Positions 30,301 to 42,900 of a DNA stretch of 64,000 nucleotides are shown here, in pieces. Position numbers and translations under genes: made by a program. The notes beneath the pieces were generated by a model that ran no database searches, was not told the DNA's origin, and worked only from the letters and a program-made list of their open reading frames with translations. How positions within the stretch are numbered: position 1 is the first letter of the stretch; each line of letters begins with the position of its first letter. Source of the stretch: Microbotryum violaceum (lineage: Eukaryota); the NCBI GenBank assembly GCA_001244265.2, contig CDLV01000004.1, forward strand, positions 2,108,001 to 2,172,000, written 5' to 3'.

Positions 30301-31650
30301 GCTTGCACCTCGGATTACCGTACTTGTCCTTCTCCATGCAGGGCTGAGTCGAGTTTCCGCCACACTTGCCATGCAGCATGTGCTTTGTGACGGTCTCGTG
30401 GAGATTAGGATAGCGCGAAGGATCGGGTATCTCGGCCGGATCATTTTGTCGATCGCTTCCGTCGACAAAGGATGATCGTCCGGCGCGAGGGTGATGAGGA
30501 TATGGGCATGTGGCAGGCCCCGCTTCTGATACTCAATCACATGTGTATGCGTCAGAACCACGCCAAAACAGCCTGCACGTTGCTTGTTGCCAAAAACGTC
30601 GTCGCAGAGTCGGTTCAGCTTGGCTTCAAACACTCGTGCAATGAGATCCGGACGGTTGCATGCTTTGTCGTTCGGCCCCAGTGCAGCCTTGATTTCCGGC
30701 CATTCGGGGTTGCACGTCACCGTGATGAACAGCGAAGGCTTTTCATATTTGACGACGCAAGCCATCGCATCTTGGTAGCGCTGCGTGATCTCGCGCGGGC
30801 TATTCTTGAACGTCGAGCCCAAAATCACCGAACGTCCAATTTGATCCGGGGTCAGGCCGTTGGCAACAGCGTCGGTGATGCCTTGGGCCGTGGTGAGGCG
30901 CAGACTTTCTTGATGCAACCGGATGTAGTTGAGTCGATCGGTCTCGACTTGGGAGTATCCGTCAATCACGAACTCGAGGAAGAGACGCTGGGTGGCATGC
31001 GGAATCGAGAAGTAGTCGTCGCGTCCGTGCAAGTGATATGCAAAGTATTGGGAACGCGAAACTCGGGTTGATTCACCTCGACCCCTCTTGTTTGATCTTC
31101 GTCCTAGATTTTCGAACAATTTATGTCAGTCTGAGGGTGCGTCTCAACAGAGAGGTATATGAGAGTGAGCCGAAGACGCTTAGCTTACGTTCACCATCAC
31201 CATTCTCTTCGTCCTCCTCGTCGTCTTCATCCTCATCGTCCTCCTCTTCGTCTTCTTCATCTGGACCAAGGCCGTCAAGTAGCTCGCGCAATTGGACACC
31301 AGTGTCGATCTGCTCTCGGTTTCTTGCGATGGGCGGCCCAGCTTGGTTGAAACCGCAAAGAGGAATGTTGGGGTGGAAGCCATCTTCCCCCGCGGGGAAG
31401 AGTAGTGGGTACCGGAGAGGCAACGCAGACGGATGGAGCGAGCTGATGACTTGGTACTTGGGGCCGACCATCGGGACATCGATCACCGTGCACCTGGAGA
31501 ATAAGGTCTTGCGGTCCACGATCTCCGGTGTTGGTGTCGGAATCGCAGATAAGCATCTCCATTTCCGTGCTTGACGTAGGAAGGTTGTGGGTGCGTCGGT
31601 CTCGGCCAGGTGGTAGACAGAGGCGCAGGACCCACTCTTTGGCCGTATCC
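27372..31650 (-). mobile_element. Helitron (family A) with Rep (HUH) and PIF1 helicase, frameshifted, 5'-truncated
   Basis: [61 protein letters not shown] and [10 protein letters not shown]. 3' hairpin CCCGTTG..CAACACGGG then CTGG|T at 27375-27371. Confidence 0.95.
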
Positions 31651-32413
31651 TAAGCTCGAAACCCTCCTATCTGTGGAGCACCCATGAAAGCCCAGCCTGA
31701 GGCGCGTAGGTAAAATCGGCCAAAATCCCGGATTTTGGACCTCATTTGTCCACCCTTTTTTGGTGTATTCGCCCAAAATGACCTTCAAATGTCCAGTCCA
31801 TCTACGGTCGTCCAACAATAGCTCTAAAATTGCTTCAGATGCTCTACAACATCATCAAAAATCGCGATTTTGGCTTTTCTAGGGCCAAAATTTTGTCCAC
31901 TCTTTACCTACGCGCCTCAGGCTGGGCTTTCGGGGGGGGGTCCTCTCTGTGGAGGTGCGCGTTCGGCTGAGTTGCCTATCGAAATTTGGCCCAGAAAAGT
32001 ACCACCTTGCTGTAGCATGGCACATAAATTCAACCTATACAATCTGTTTCAATAGGGGCATTATTATGCTATTTTTTCGCGCAACTGCCCAAGGGGAAGA
32101 CTCTTAAAAATCCTATTCATTGAGCTACAGCGGTGAGAAGTCGTTATTTTCGACGTGGAGCTGGCTCGCGCACGGACCCAGCGGGACCGTTCTTCGCGCC
32201 GACGTGAATCAGCCGGCCGCGCCTCACCGGTCTCACCTTCGGTCCACAACGCCAGTCCACGACGTCGCTACCGCCCTCATAATCCATCATGCCTGTACAA
32301 ATGCCAACGCCTGTCAAGGGCACACCTCGTCGGTCTCTATCGAATGAGTTCAGAGAGTCGTCCTTACGATCAGCTTCGAGGGCAAAGCCAACGACATCGA
32401 GGGACCATCAATC
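31651..32413 (+). mobile_element. AcademH-type left end (diverged relative of 4942-5450), truncated
   Basis: Starts TAAGCTCGA exactly where Helitron homology stops. Downstream blocks (GAAAAGT...CTTGCTGTAGCATGGCA; GAGTTCAG...GATCAGCTTC) align with 5020-5420. Confidence 0.7.
31671..31949. mobile_element. MITE sharing TIRs with the P-like element at 33349-39902
   Basis: Inverted ends GAAAGCCCAGCCTGAGGCGCGTAGGTAAA / TTTACCTACGCGCCTCAGGCTGGGCTTTC..GGGGTCCTC. Exact termini are ambiguous because a TCTGTGGAG direct repeat overlaps both ends. Confidence 0.8.
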
Positions 32414-32516
32414 TGTTGAGTGGATGCCGAAGAGGTTTCGGACTTCGGAGTAGCGACCGCTTGGGCTACTGGTGGCGCGTCGACGTGGCTGCAGTGTGCG
32501 ACGGACGGGCCAAGAG

Positions 32517-33104
32517 TAAGCTCAACTAAGCCCTCCCTCTGGGAGGGGCTTACGAGTTATCGGCGCGCTTGGCCCAGATGCCCTCCGAAATTTCAGGGCC
32601 ATTTGGGGTGGTTTTCTGTAACTTGGCAAATACTTACATTCATGCAAAAGTGAGGGACCCTATTTTTCTTTATGCTCTAAAAATGACATACCCCAAGTGG
32701 CGAGAGCTTTCATAAGCTGTGGGTGGAGCTACAGCGATCCGAAGTCTGCGATTTCGGTCGATCGGGCCTCAGATGGTCCGAGCGCATCGTGTAGTTGGCG
32801 CTCTCATCATCGGCGAGCCTCGGACTGGACTACGACTGGTCCGTCCGCCGACCTGCGTCTCGTTCGGAATCACTTGATTCAAGCTGCTGTAGCGAGATGA
32901 TCAAGCGTTTCTAGACTTCAAGCTTCGGTGAAGCCTCATCAATAGAGATGAAGTAAAGACGTATCCCTCCAGTTTTCAGATAGCACCAATATATGCCATG
33001 CTACAGCAATGGGGCACTTTTCAGGGCCAAAATTTTGGAGGGCAACTGGGCCAAACGCGCCGATAATTCACAAGCCCCTCCCTTTGGGAGGGGCGTCGAG
33101 CTTA
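32517..33104. mobile_element. Non-autonomous AcademH element, 588 bp, 9-bp TSD
   Basis: TAAGCTC...GAGCTTA termini with imperfect TIRs. Flanks are GGCCAAGAG (32508-32516) and GGCCAAGGG (33105-33113). Confidence 0.85.
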
Positions 33105-33174
33105 GGCCAAGGGGAGACGTCGTGAGGCGGTACGGACGCGGTCTGACGAGACGGACGCGGTGCGGCTGGACGAT

Positions 33175-33286
33175 CTGTTCTCTACCGAAGATCAACGATC
33201 TAGCTAATGTCGGGAAGCGGTGGTATGATTGCAACTAACCTGTTCTCTACCGAAGATCAGCAATCTAGCTAATTTCGGGAAGCGGT
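33175..33286 (+). repeat. Imperfect direct repeat of about 46 bp with short spacer
   Basis: CTGTTCTCTACCGAAGATCA..ATCTAGCTAAT.TCGGGAAGCGGT occurs at about 33175 and about 33240. Confidence 0.8.
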
Positions 33287-33348
33287 AGAGAAGCGGAAGA
33301 AAGGCACAGGAGGGCGCGAGTTGGACAAGGTTCTAGCAAAGGCGCGCG

Positions 33349-36300
33349 CAAAGAGGACCCCCGAAAACCCAGCCGGAGGCGCATTTTTTTTTTTTTTTTG
33401 ACATTTTGAGGGCCCAAAATCATGAAAATCGTCGAGGCGCATCGCAAAAAATTGACATTTTGGGACGAAACACACGTTTCGCCCCGAGGCGCATGCCCAG
33501 ATTTTGACATTTTCCCGTGAGTCGGCCCAATTTTGGCCTACCCTGAGCAGCCTACGGCATCGCTTTGGGCCCGTTTGCCTTCGCTTCGAAACGCGCTTCG
33601 CGATGCTCGCGCTTGAACAAGTCACTAGCCATTTTCGCTAATCACTTTAGTTCAGTGGCTGTTAGAGAATATTAGGGATTAGATTCCCCTATCGAGTAAG
33701 ATAAAAATGACGGGGCCCCTGAGGTTCCGTTCCGCTTCACTTCGTTCTGACACTGGAGCATAGCACGACGAAATGATTCCATGCTTGTTTCTTGACGAAG
33801 ATCAGGACTACTATTTGCACGACGATGACTTTGATCGATTATCGCCGCTCACCAACATAACGGTTGCCGAGCTCCTCGCCTTCGATGTCGCTCCCGCCGA
33901 CGCGTCTCTTCACATCGAGTTGTCCAAAAACGAGCCCACCCAGTATTCGAACTTACCCTACCCGACTCTTCAGACCAGAGACGCGTTTCTCGCTACCGAT
34001 GCTCTGATCAATGCACGCAAGCCAGGATATCGATCTTTGGCCGTCGGGTCGACGTGTTTGCCGCTCGGCGCCGATCGGCTATGGTCAGAGTACGACCGAG
34101 CAAAAGACGTTCAAAGCTGGGCGCTGCGAGCTCAACGATGGATGGACAAAATTATCGTTATCAACGAAATTGACCGCAACCGTATCGCTGTCGCACGTCG
34201 CATACTGAACGGATTGCAATGGCAAGAGCAAGACGGGCTTCTACCATTGCCTCTTCTTGCAAATGGAACGAGTTTGGTTGATCCCCTGAAATTCTTAAGT
34301 TAGTACACCAATCCTTCAGCTGGCCACTTGTATTCATCTCGTATCTGAGGCAACTTGCTTATTCGCGTCTCTACCCAGGTCATGATTGGCTCGGTGAAGC
34401 CGCGGTGAACTTGTCAATTGAAAGCGTCCTTCGAGCTGAACGAGTGCAGAATCCCGATTTCGAAACATCGTATGGACTTGTACCCTCCACCGTCATCTCC
34501 TTGGTAATGGCTCGCCCTCCCGACTCGGATCCTCATTCGGTCTTCAAAGCCTGCTTTTTCGGCCCGCCAAACCAGTATCGGAATCTCATCGAGCTAGGCG
34601 ATTGCATGCGCAACACGCCGACTTCAAAGTCAATCTGGTTTCTACCCCTCTGCTCCGACAGCCATTGGGTCCTGGCCCGCATCAACATGCACAGCCGGAC
34701 ATGGTCTGTGATCAACTCACTCTCCGCCACTCCGATCACCGCGGCTACTCGGACGGCCGTCCTTACGCTATTCAAATTTCTGAAGCTGGATATCAAAAAC
34801 GAGTTCCCTCATACTCCTAAGGCGGAACAACAGGAAGACAGCTACTCGTGCGGGCCGGCTACGATCAATGCAGTGGAGGCGGAGGTGCTCGGGATTGGGT
34901 CATTCAACGCAGCGCGCGCTCACATGTCACGGCTCCGTCAATTCTGTCGTTTATCCTCTCTGGTTGGTGCTGTCGAGGATCCCAAAGAGATCGAATCCAT
35001 CGTTGCCACGGGCGCAAAATCAAAGGCAAAGTCTGGGAGGGGATCCGCTGCCGGAACACTGAGCAGCAAGAGCACGTCGGCAGAGTTCGGCAAGGCAGCG
35101 ACAATCAAGCCAACAAATCAACGGTCGCATCATCCTCAAAAAACCCGCCATCTTCTCGACTTCAAACGACCTTCACCAAGGTATCGAAGCCGACGAAAGC
35201 TCGAGAGCTCACCCCGAGGAGCATACGACGTGGGCTCGCGACCATCCGCCTCTTTTCAGGAGGTTTGCTGAAAAAGTCGAAGATCTTTGCCCGGGATCGA
35301 ATGTCGACGTCAACAATCCAAAGTACGTGCGGTGTGGACGTTGTTATGTCTTGGTTCCAATGGCGGCCTTGCTGTGCAAGGCACGATTTCAATTACATCT
35401 CGGCAATAAGAAGTGTGTCAACCTCCAACCCATCAGCAATTTCTTCAGACCTATCGCCTCTGGCTCAACTGCTACCAGCCCCTCGCTAGGACCGTGCCCC
35501 GGCCTTACGTCTGAATCGGCGATGCATTATCTTTCATTAACTGCGGCGCAAGGTGGCGGGGCCCTTCCTCGACGGACGCTTCGTTTGCGCCTCTATCCCA
35601 AAATTGGTAAACGACCAATGACGGAGCTCGAGAGGAAGGTGGACAAATTGGAAGCGAATGAATGGAAGTGGCGCAACGATCATCGAGCACCGCGCATCAT
35701 CAGTGTGAATTGTCGCAAGTATAGCGCTCGAGATTCGATCAACAAGGACGGACCAAGCTTACCGTGTGAAGAATGCGCGAGGCTTCCTAAGGATTCATCC
35801 TGTCGAGCAGCTCTTCGACGTCAATATGCTGCTGGCGCAACTCGCAAATACACCAACAAGAAATATGTCGCGGGCGATACACTTCTCTCGGCCATCTACC
35901 GGCGACATCATGGACTAGAAGAGATCCTGGATGACAACGGTCAAGGGACCGTGTATCTACGATTCGCGCAAGGTGTGGCCTCAGGAGAATTTGACGGAGC
36001 GAACATCTTGGAGGGAAGCGGCTACGGTCAAGCACGATCGGATGGTCAAGGGCAAATCAATGCGAGGCTTTGTGCGGTCCGAAGCGCTGCGTGACTTCGA
36101 GCAAGCCATGGCGCTGGCGTCTCCGATGGCTCTGAGAGTGCTGCAGGCTACAATCGGCGCATCCACAAGCCGAAAACTGCAGTGAGTACCGTCATTCTTT
36201 CGTTCCTTCAATTCAACCTCATACTGAATGATCGAGGTGCTTGCGGAATGGACCGAGCGACATCAGGCAGGATGCGCCTCGGCCTCGACAAGTCCAACAT

Positions 36301-39300
36301 GGATCGTGTTTGCGCGAAACTCGAAGCAGACGGCCTAACGTTCAATTTGCACGTAGACGACACGAAGTGTCGATCCAGGATGCGAACCACTCCATACTAC
36401 TCAGAAGACCTCAGTTTAGAGCGCGAGCTACGTACGAAGGGCATATTCCGCCACGAGCTGATCGGATCAATTGGTCCGCCACGCATCTACGAAACTCCGG
36501 GTGAACTCCCTGATATGTTCGGCGGACCTGACCCCCGGTTGCTGGAACCAAAGTGAGTGGCAATGATTCTTTTAAGTTTGTACTTCATTTCCATGAGGCT
36601 TCAACATGTGTCGCCTCTTCATTCAGATCCGAGCTTACATGATAGCACCGAACGATGTTGGCTCCCCAGCACAGGTGTGTGCCGCTTTTGTGATCGGCGA
36701 AACTACGAACGCGGAGGACGTGACCGAACAGTTACATTCAGTGATACAAGAATTAATAAAACGTTGCGTCGCACACCTTCTGGTATCCATCTCCGCAGAT
36801 GGTGCGGCAAGCGAGGGTGTGCTGCAACGTAATGTTGCCGTCCTTTTGCGCGATCAGGGTGGCGCTGTTGCTCAAACCGGATCAAGGAACGCGTCATCAT
36901 ACACCCTCCCCTCCCCAGATCTGGACGGAGTGTTTCCTGAGATCACTATATCGACCGTCAACGTCGCGGGAACGCCGATAGTCTTATGTCGGGACGAAAA
37001 ACACCTGGCCAAATGTCTGAGGAACGCTATCGACTCTGGAGCAAGATTGCTGTTCGGTGGTCTCGGATGCATTGCCTACCAGGATATGCTCACCATCCTG
37101 GGCGGACTGGAGTCGCGTCGTACTCTGTCTTGTCGTGATGTGGTCGGGCGTGATCGCCAAGACGACAATGCAACACATCGGGCATTCTCCAAGGCGACGC
37201 TCGAACTCGTAACCGAACTCGCTGAAGACAAAAACTCGACCCCGATGCGGTCATATATCTCTTCTTATGTGGCGAGTTACACGATGCCATCCAGAACCGG
37301 TCGCTTCAGCCCCTTGAACGTATCAGGATGTTGCTCGTTGTCAGATATACGTTCGAGGCGTGGTATGACTTTGTCCGAAGTCGCCCCGGATCTAGCTCTC
37401 ACTCGTTCCTCGCCAAAGAAACGCTTGATGGGGTCAGGAAGATGGTTGACTCAACGATTGCTCTCGTCCGCAACTACCGAGATTTTTGGCCGAAGGAATC
37501 GTTCATTCCCTGGCGGCATGGCACAGAATTGGTGGAGCACTTCTTCGGGGGTATACGCCAGATTGTAAAGGAGTTCGATGCTCTAGAGTCCTTGCAGGTG
37601 CGTTCTTCATAAATCAATCTAATATATACAGTAGTTAACCCGGCTAGAATCCGACAGGCAACTGGCAAAGTCACTGCACTCTTGGAGCTCGTGAGGAAGT
37701 TTAAGACCGAGGCGGCGGGATCACGTCAAGGCTACCATCATACCTACAACGACCTCGACGATCTTGACCTTGTTGCGATGCGAACGTACCCCAGTGATGG
37801 CGACATCTCTCTCACCAGTTTTGCAGCGGCAAATACTGCGCGTGAACTGCTTTCAGGTTTACACATGTGGGAGCCTGTGCAACGCATCGCGTCCAACAGA
37901 CGCAACCAAGGTCCGCAACCTGACATACTCGTCAATTGACGTACTCGCCCATGGCACAACAGTTCAAGGTAGTTCCGAACGACTTGGTCTACAAGTGATG
38001 CGTATCTGACACGGGATACCATGCCCACTTGAAGTAGATCTTGAAGACCATCATCCTACCAAGGAAGATCAAGGTCTGCTCCGCACCGAATTGCTGGATT
38101 CTGCTCTTGATGGCATGCGACGTAGCACGTGCCAAGGTGTTGTGAAACTGGACCCAAACGAGCGGGAAGCTGTCGACCGTGCAATTCGATCGCTTGCAGC
38201 TCTGGACTTTGACGTTGAGGCAGCCTTGTGAGTGGACACTTCACTGTGCCATGTGCGCTGAAGCGTTCTTCTACCTTTTAATCCGGACCTCATATGGTTC
38301 TCCTTTCTCATTGGCCAGACTCGACGTGCAAATCGCTTACGACGAAGCTGACAGACAAGCTGAGGAACGCTACGTACTCGAGACCATTGAGAAGGCAAAC
38401 AGCTCATTACGTCCAATCGTGCGTCTACCAAGCTTAACTAGCGTAATTTCGATCTGAACTCATGCATCTTCGGTACTATACAGCCTACACACTTGAAGCT
38501 TCCGCCTCTTGTTGATGCTCGCGATACCAGTTTCTCGCTGAACTGGGCCAGCTTGATTGCCCATCGAGCTGCTCATGAGTGTAGCCACCTCAGAGTTGTT
38601 CTACTCAAAGGGAGGCCAATGGAATTGAGCGACACAAGTCGCGGAGAGGCAGGCTTAGAGATTAGCAATACAGAGCAAGGACGCAGTGCAGTACATTCAC
38701 GCGTCTTGAAAGGGTTGGTGCAGTCCATGGGACCATCTCGCTTCGAAGACATTGCGGGCACCGCAAGGAGCTTTCGCTGGACTGGAGGTGGTCAGGTGGC
38801 CCGAGCGCTCACAACAAACGAGATTCAGAAGAGCGCCTATATTGAGGACGGCCGCATTCAAGTGAGTTGTTGCTGAATTTAGGAACGAAGGCAGCTGGAT
38901 CTAATGTTTTGCCGGTCCTATACTTTTAGGAAAAGCTCCCTGAGAGAGACAAGCAGTATGGAGCGCTAGCACAACGCTATCCTCATTTTGGATCGCTTGA
39001 CGGAGCTGTAACCGCTGCCACACCATTGGAGATTGCTGCTTTGGCCTCAAGCGTGGCATGCATTCACTCAGCTGCGATCAAACTGCTTATGGAGAAGAAG
39101 CGCTGTCTATCGGAATTGGTACATTGTTTTGAGTGGCAGTTGAGCTGTGAAGTTCTCGTTTGACACAAGTCTTGTGTCCTACAGTGCGATACATCTACAG
39201 CAAAGTGACAACAAACCACTGCAACCAAGACACGCTCGCCTCGTTGGTTCTGCTCTCAAATGTCGTCGTACAGGAGCTTCGCCTCATCAAGAAAACATGC

Positions 39301-39902
39301 TATTCCACACACCTCATTGATGGCACTATGCCGTTCCCCATGATTGATGGTCGACAGGTCATCGAGTCATTAGGCCCGTCAACGACTACATATCGTTCAA
39401 CCACGGACCTTCCTCATGTTACCCGGACGAGCGCCTAATCAGCACGAGCGCACATGCCGAGCAAAGGTTTGCCGCCCTTCGGAGCGTGCCCGGCCTGCGA
39501 GATGCCGCCGGCAGAACCTCTACAAGTCGCACAAATGCCACCGCGGAAACAAGGAGCTCAACTTCAGCAAAAAGGAAGTCTGACAACGAAGCAGCGAGCC
39601 AGCCAGCAAAGCAAGGAAGGCTTGTTCGAAGCCTGGAGCCACGCGCAACACCAGCCGAAGCGACGCGCGCCCGCAAGCCACTTTCGATAGGCCGCGGCGC
39701 GCCCGCAAACGCTCGGAACGCGTTTTCGAGGACTTTTGAGCGATTTTTGGAGCATGTAGAACACATTTTGATAATATTTCCGAGGCGCATGCGAAATTTT
39801 GACATTTTGGGGCCAAAATAGGGTAAAAAACTTTGACAAAAAGGCCAAAAAAGGGCGTTTTTTCGCATGCGCCTCTGGCTGGGCTTTCGGGGGTCCTCAT
39901 AG
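33349..39902 (+). mobile_element. Complete TIR DNA transposon, P-element-like, 6554 bp
   Basis: 36-bp TIRs at 33349-33384 and 39867-39902 (32/36 match). 7-bp TSD GCGCGCG / GCGCGTG. One long spliced gene inside. Confidence 0.85.
33773..39438 (+). pseudogene. Ulp1/C48-like protease fused to a P-element/THAP9-like DDE transposase (multi-exon, several frameshifts)
   Basis: Protease motifs HDWLGE, SHWVL, VINSL and QQEDSYSCG; Cys/His clusters; transposase motifs LHVDDTK, SISADGAASE, RDEKHLAKCLRN, DRQDDNA and HGTELVEHFFGGIRQ. Confidence 0.75.
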
Positions 39903-39989
39903 GCGCGTGTGAGCGCGTGTGCTAACGGCGGGACGGTCGTACGAGAGACTCTCTCCCTCGGCTCATTCGCCTGCTTTCGACTCATATAC

Positions 39990-42900
39990 ATGAGCCATCC
40001 CAATGTTGGGTTCCCAACCGAATCGACATGGCTGCGTGATGTAACCTCGCCATTCGATCACCGTCATTCATCCAGCCCGGTGCCGAATGATCAAGACGAT
40101 GGAGACGCGATGGCGATCGACGAGGACTCGACTTCTATTGAAGACGGATCTGAAGATGACGCAGCGTCTTGGGATAAAACACGTCTCGACAATTTCACGA
40201 CTTCAACCATATCCTCAAAACCACTGAGTCGGCGATCAGTTGAACAGTCATTGAGCGACCAAGGACCACCGAAGCGGGCGCGAGGTCGTCCAGCCCTATC
40301 GGAGCAACAGAAGGCTGCAAGAGATGAAATGGACAAGAAGAAAAAGCAAGCGTTGAGAGAAGCGAAGGAAGCTCAGAGAGATCTGCAGAGAGAGGCACAG
40401 CGAGTCAAAGTTCAGGCCGAGAAGGAGCGGCTTGAAGCCAAAGCCGAAACGGAACGCCAAGCTGCCGTCCTCCGGCAAGACGCACGTATGCAGGTGAGTT
40501 CAACCCGCTCAAGCCTGGCGATCGTTCCCACGTGCTGTTCGCTGTGCTGATATTCGTGATCTATACCACTGCGAATAGAACCCGTCTGATAGAGAGTACA
40601 CCGTGAGTGCACATCCTGGAGCTATGCCTTCGCGATTCGCTTGATCTCGTCGATTGAACTCTAAGTACGATTAATGCTCAAACACTATAGAAACAAACGA
40701 AACTATCGTTCGCATCGCAAGGAACCCGTTCAAGCCCTCAAGCGCCTCAGCTCGTTTGCTCAAGCTCCAATGCCTCTAGTCCTTCGGAATCAAATCCGCC
40801 CAACGTTCAGCAACGTGTCGCGGGGCTCTCCAGCTCAACCACCATCGCCAACTCGAGCCAGCAACGCCTGCAGTCAACTCGGCCATTGCCAGTAGAGGTA
40901 GAAGCCTTCACGCAGGCGTCAGATTTCATCGAGGCTGGCGTACCCCTTTGCAATGGAGGAGGCGGCGAGCTTTACGACGGCGACGAAGATGAAGTCGCCA
41001 CAGGGCGACCAAAGGAAGTGAACGTTGGAAGCACCCCGCTTGGCTCCAAACGCAAACGACCCACCACCTCGCGCATATCAGGCGTGTTAACAACTATTCC
41101 AACAAAGCACGCGACCACAAGAGCGGTGATGAGCTAGTTCACGGTTTTCTACCTGTCAAGTCGGCTTGGACTAGGCTCTATGACGGCCGCATCTCCAACG
41201 CCAATCTGGACATCTACGCACCACAGTTCTTCTATTGGGATCCCCTCCTAATGATCGGCCAGCCAGATGACAAGCGAGCGGGTGTCGGCCTGCGGTGCAT
41301 GGAGTGCGAGCTCAACGAAGCCGTCCTCAAAAAAGGCATGTTGAGGCTGAACGGGTTCTTGGATCGGCCGCGCCGAGCGTGTGGTCTCCGCGAGTCGGTC
41401 TATCTCATCGGCCGCTCTTACAAGTGCGACAACAAGAAGTGCTCCAAAACGTATCGGTCTTGGTCGCCAGAGGTCCTTGGCCAACTGGATCCATCGCTGC
41501 GCTCGATGTTCCCGTTCTGTTTGTCACATCGCACCGCCATTACCTCGGAGGTGTTCGATCTAGTGCGATCTTCCTTCCACTACGGTCTGGGAGCTGAGCA
41601 AATTTCCGACATGCTTGTCTGCTTTCATCGTGCCGCACACGACAGGCTGGAGCTCGACTATAGGTCGGCCATGCTCGCGCGCCAAAAGCCGGGACCTTAT
41701 CAGGACATCAGTGATTGGGATGACCCGGCGGGCAATTGCGGCTATGTGCCAACATCGAAGGTTCTTGCGAATTTTTTCAACGCGAAAATAGAAGAGTAAG
41801 GCCGGATTGTAGTATCGAGCATTGCGGATACTTGCCTCTAAGTTCACCTGCTGACCCTCTTTTGCTTGCCCATTCTCAGACACGAGTCGCTCATACGCCA
41901 CCATGTTTCATTGGCCCCTTGCACAATCATGTCACTCGATCACAGCTACAAGGTGAGAACTTGGAAAAGGGGCAAGCAAATTCTTGATCAATTCGAATTG
42001 TGCTAACCCAATGAGTCTCTCTTCATCTCAGGTCCCGAAGCAAATCGCCAAGATCAATGGCATTCCTCCCTTTCATGCGCTCCTGATGGTCGGAAACGAG
42101 TACGGCGAAGTTCGACTCACCGTCCTCACCGCGACCAAAGGCCACGCGCCATTCGAATCACCACTCGAGGACATGTCGAAGCATCTGAAATTGTATGGTC
42201 ACGAACAACCTTCCATCTGCTACACGGATCAGCCCGACCAAGACACTACATTCTTGATACAAACGCTCCCCTCGCTTGCTCCGACTCTCGGCACCAACGC
42301 AGGCCCGCGCCAAGGCGACCTCATGCTACCTCCTGAGACGACCCCTATTCTAGTGAACACCGTTTCCGCGTTGACCCAAGTGCTGAGGCCGATAACAGAA
42401 AACATCCCCAAAGATGGAAAACTTGTGGTTGGTGTCGACGCCGAATGGGCAACCGCTCCCGCAAACTCGTATCGCAACGTGGCCATTGCGGCCCCAAGAA
42501 AGCCGTTGACTCGTCCAATTCGCCTGGGAATCACTGGAGGGAGACTTGTTCATTCATGTGATTCAAGTAAGCTTTTCGTACCCGTGCTCTTCCACTTAAA
42601 GTCGAACAAAAATTTACCAAATTGTTGCATGTCTGCAGCTCTCGCAGATCATCCAAAAGTGCTTCAAATGGCGTTTGCCCCCGCCCTTTCGGCATTTTCT
42701 CGAACGCGCGGATATCTTGAAGATGGGCGTCGGCGTTGCTGGCGACCTCACTCGCATCGTCAACGCCATCACGAACGCGGAGCGCTGGGAACTTGCGATC
42801 GATGAGGAGAATCCGATCAGTCTTACCGAAACCTTCAAGCATCGCGGTGGATTGGATCTGGCGCAGCACGCGAACCTGAGCGGCCACATGCTCGGGAGAG

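Noticed and set aside
39419-40003. ORFs across the right end of the P-like element
   Set aside because: They are GC-rich subterminal sequence crossing the TIR and TSD, with no protein motifs.
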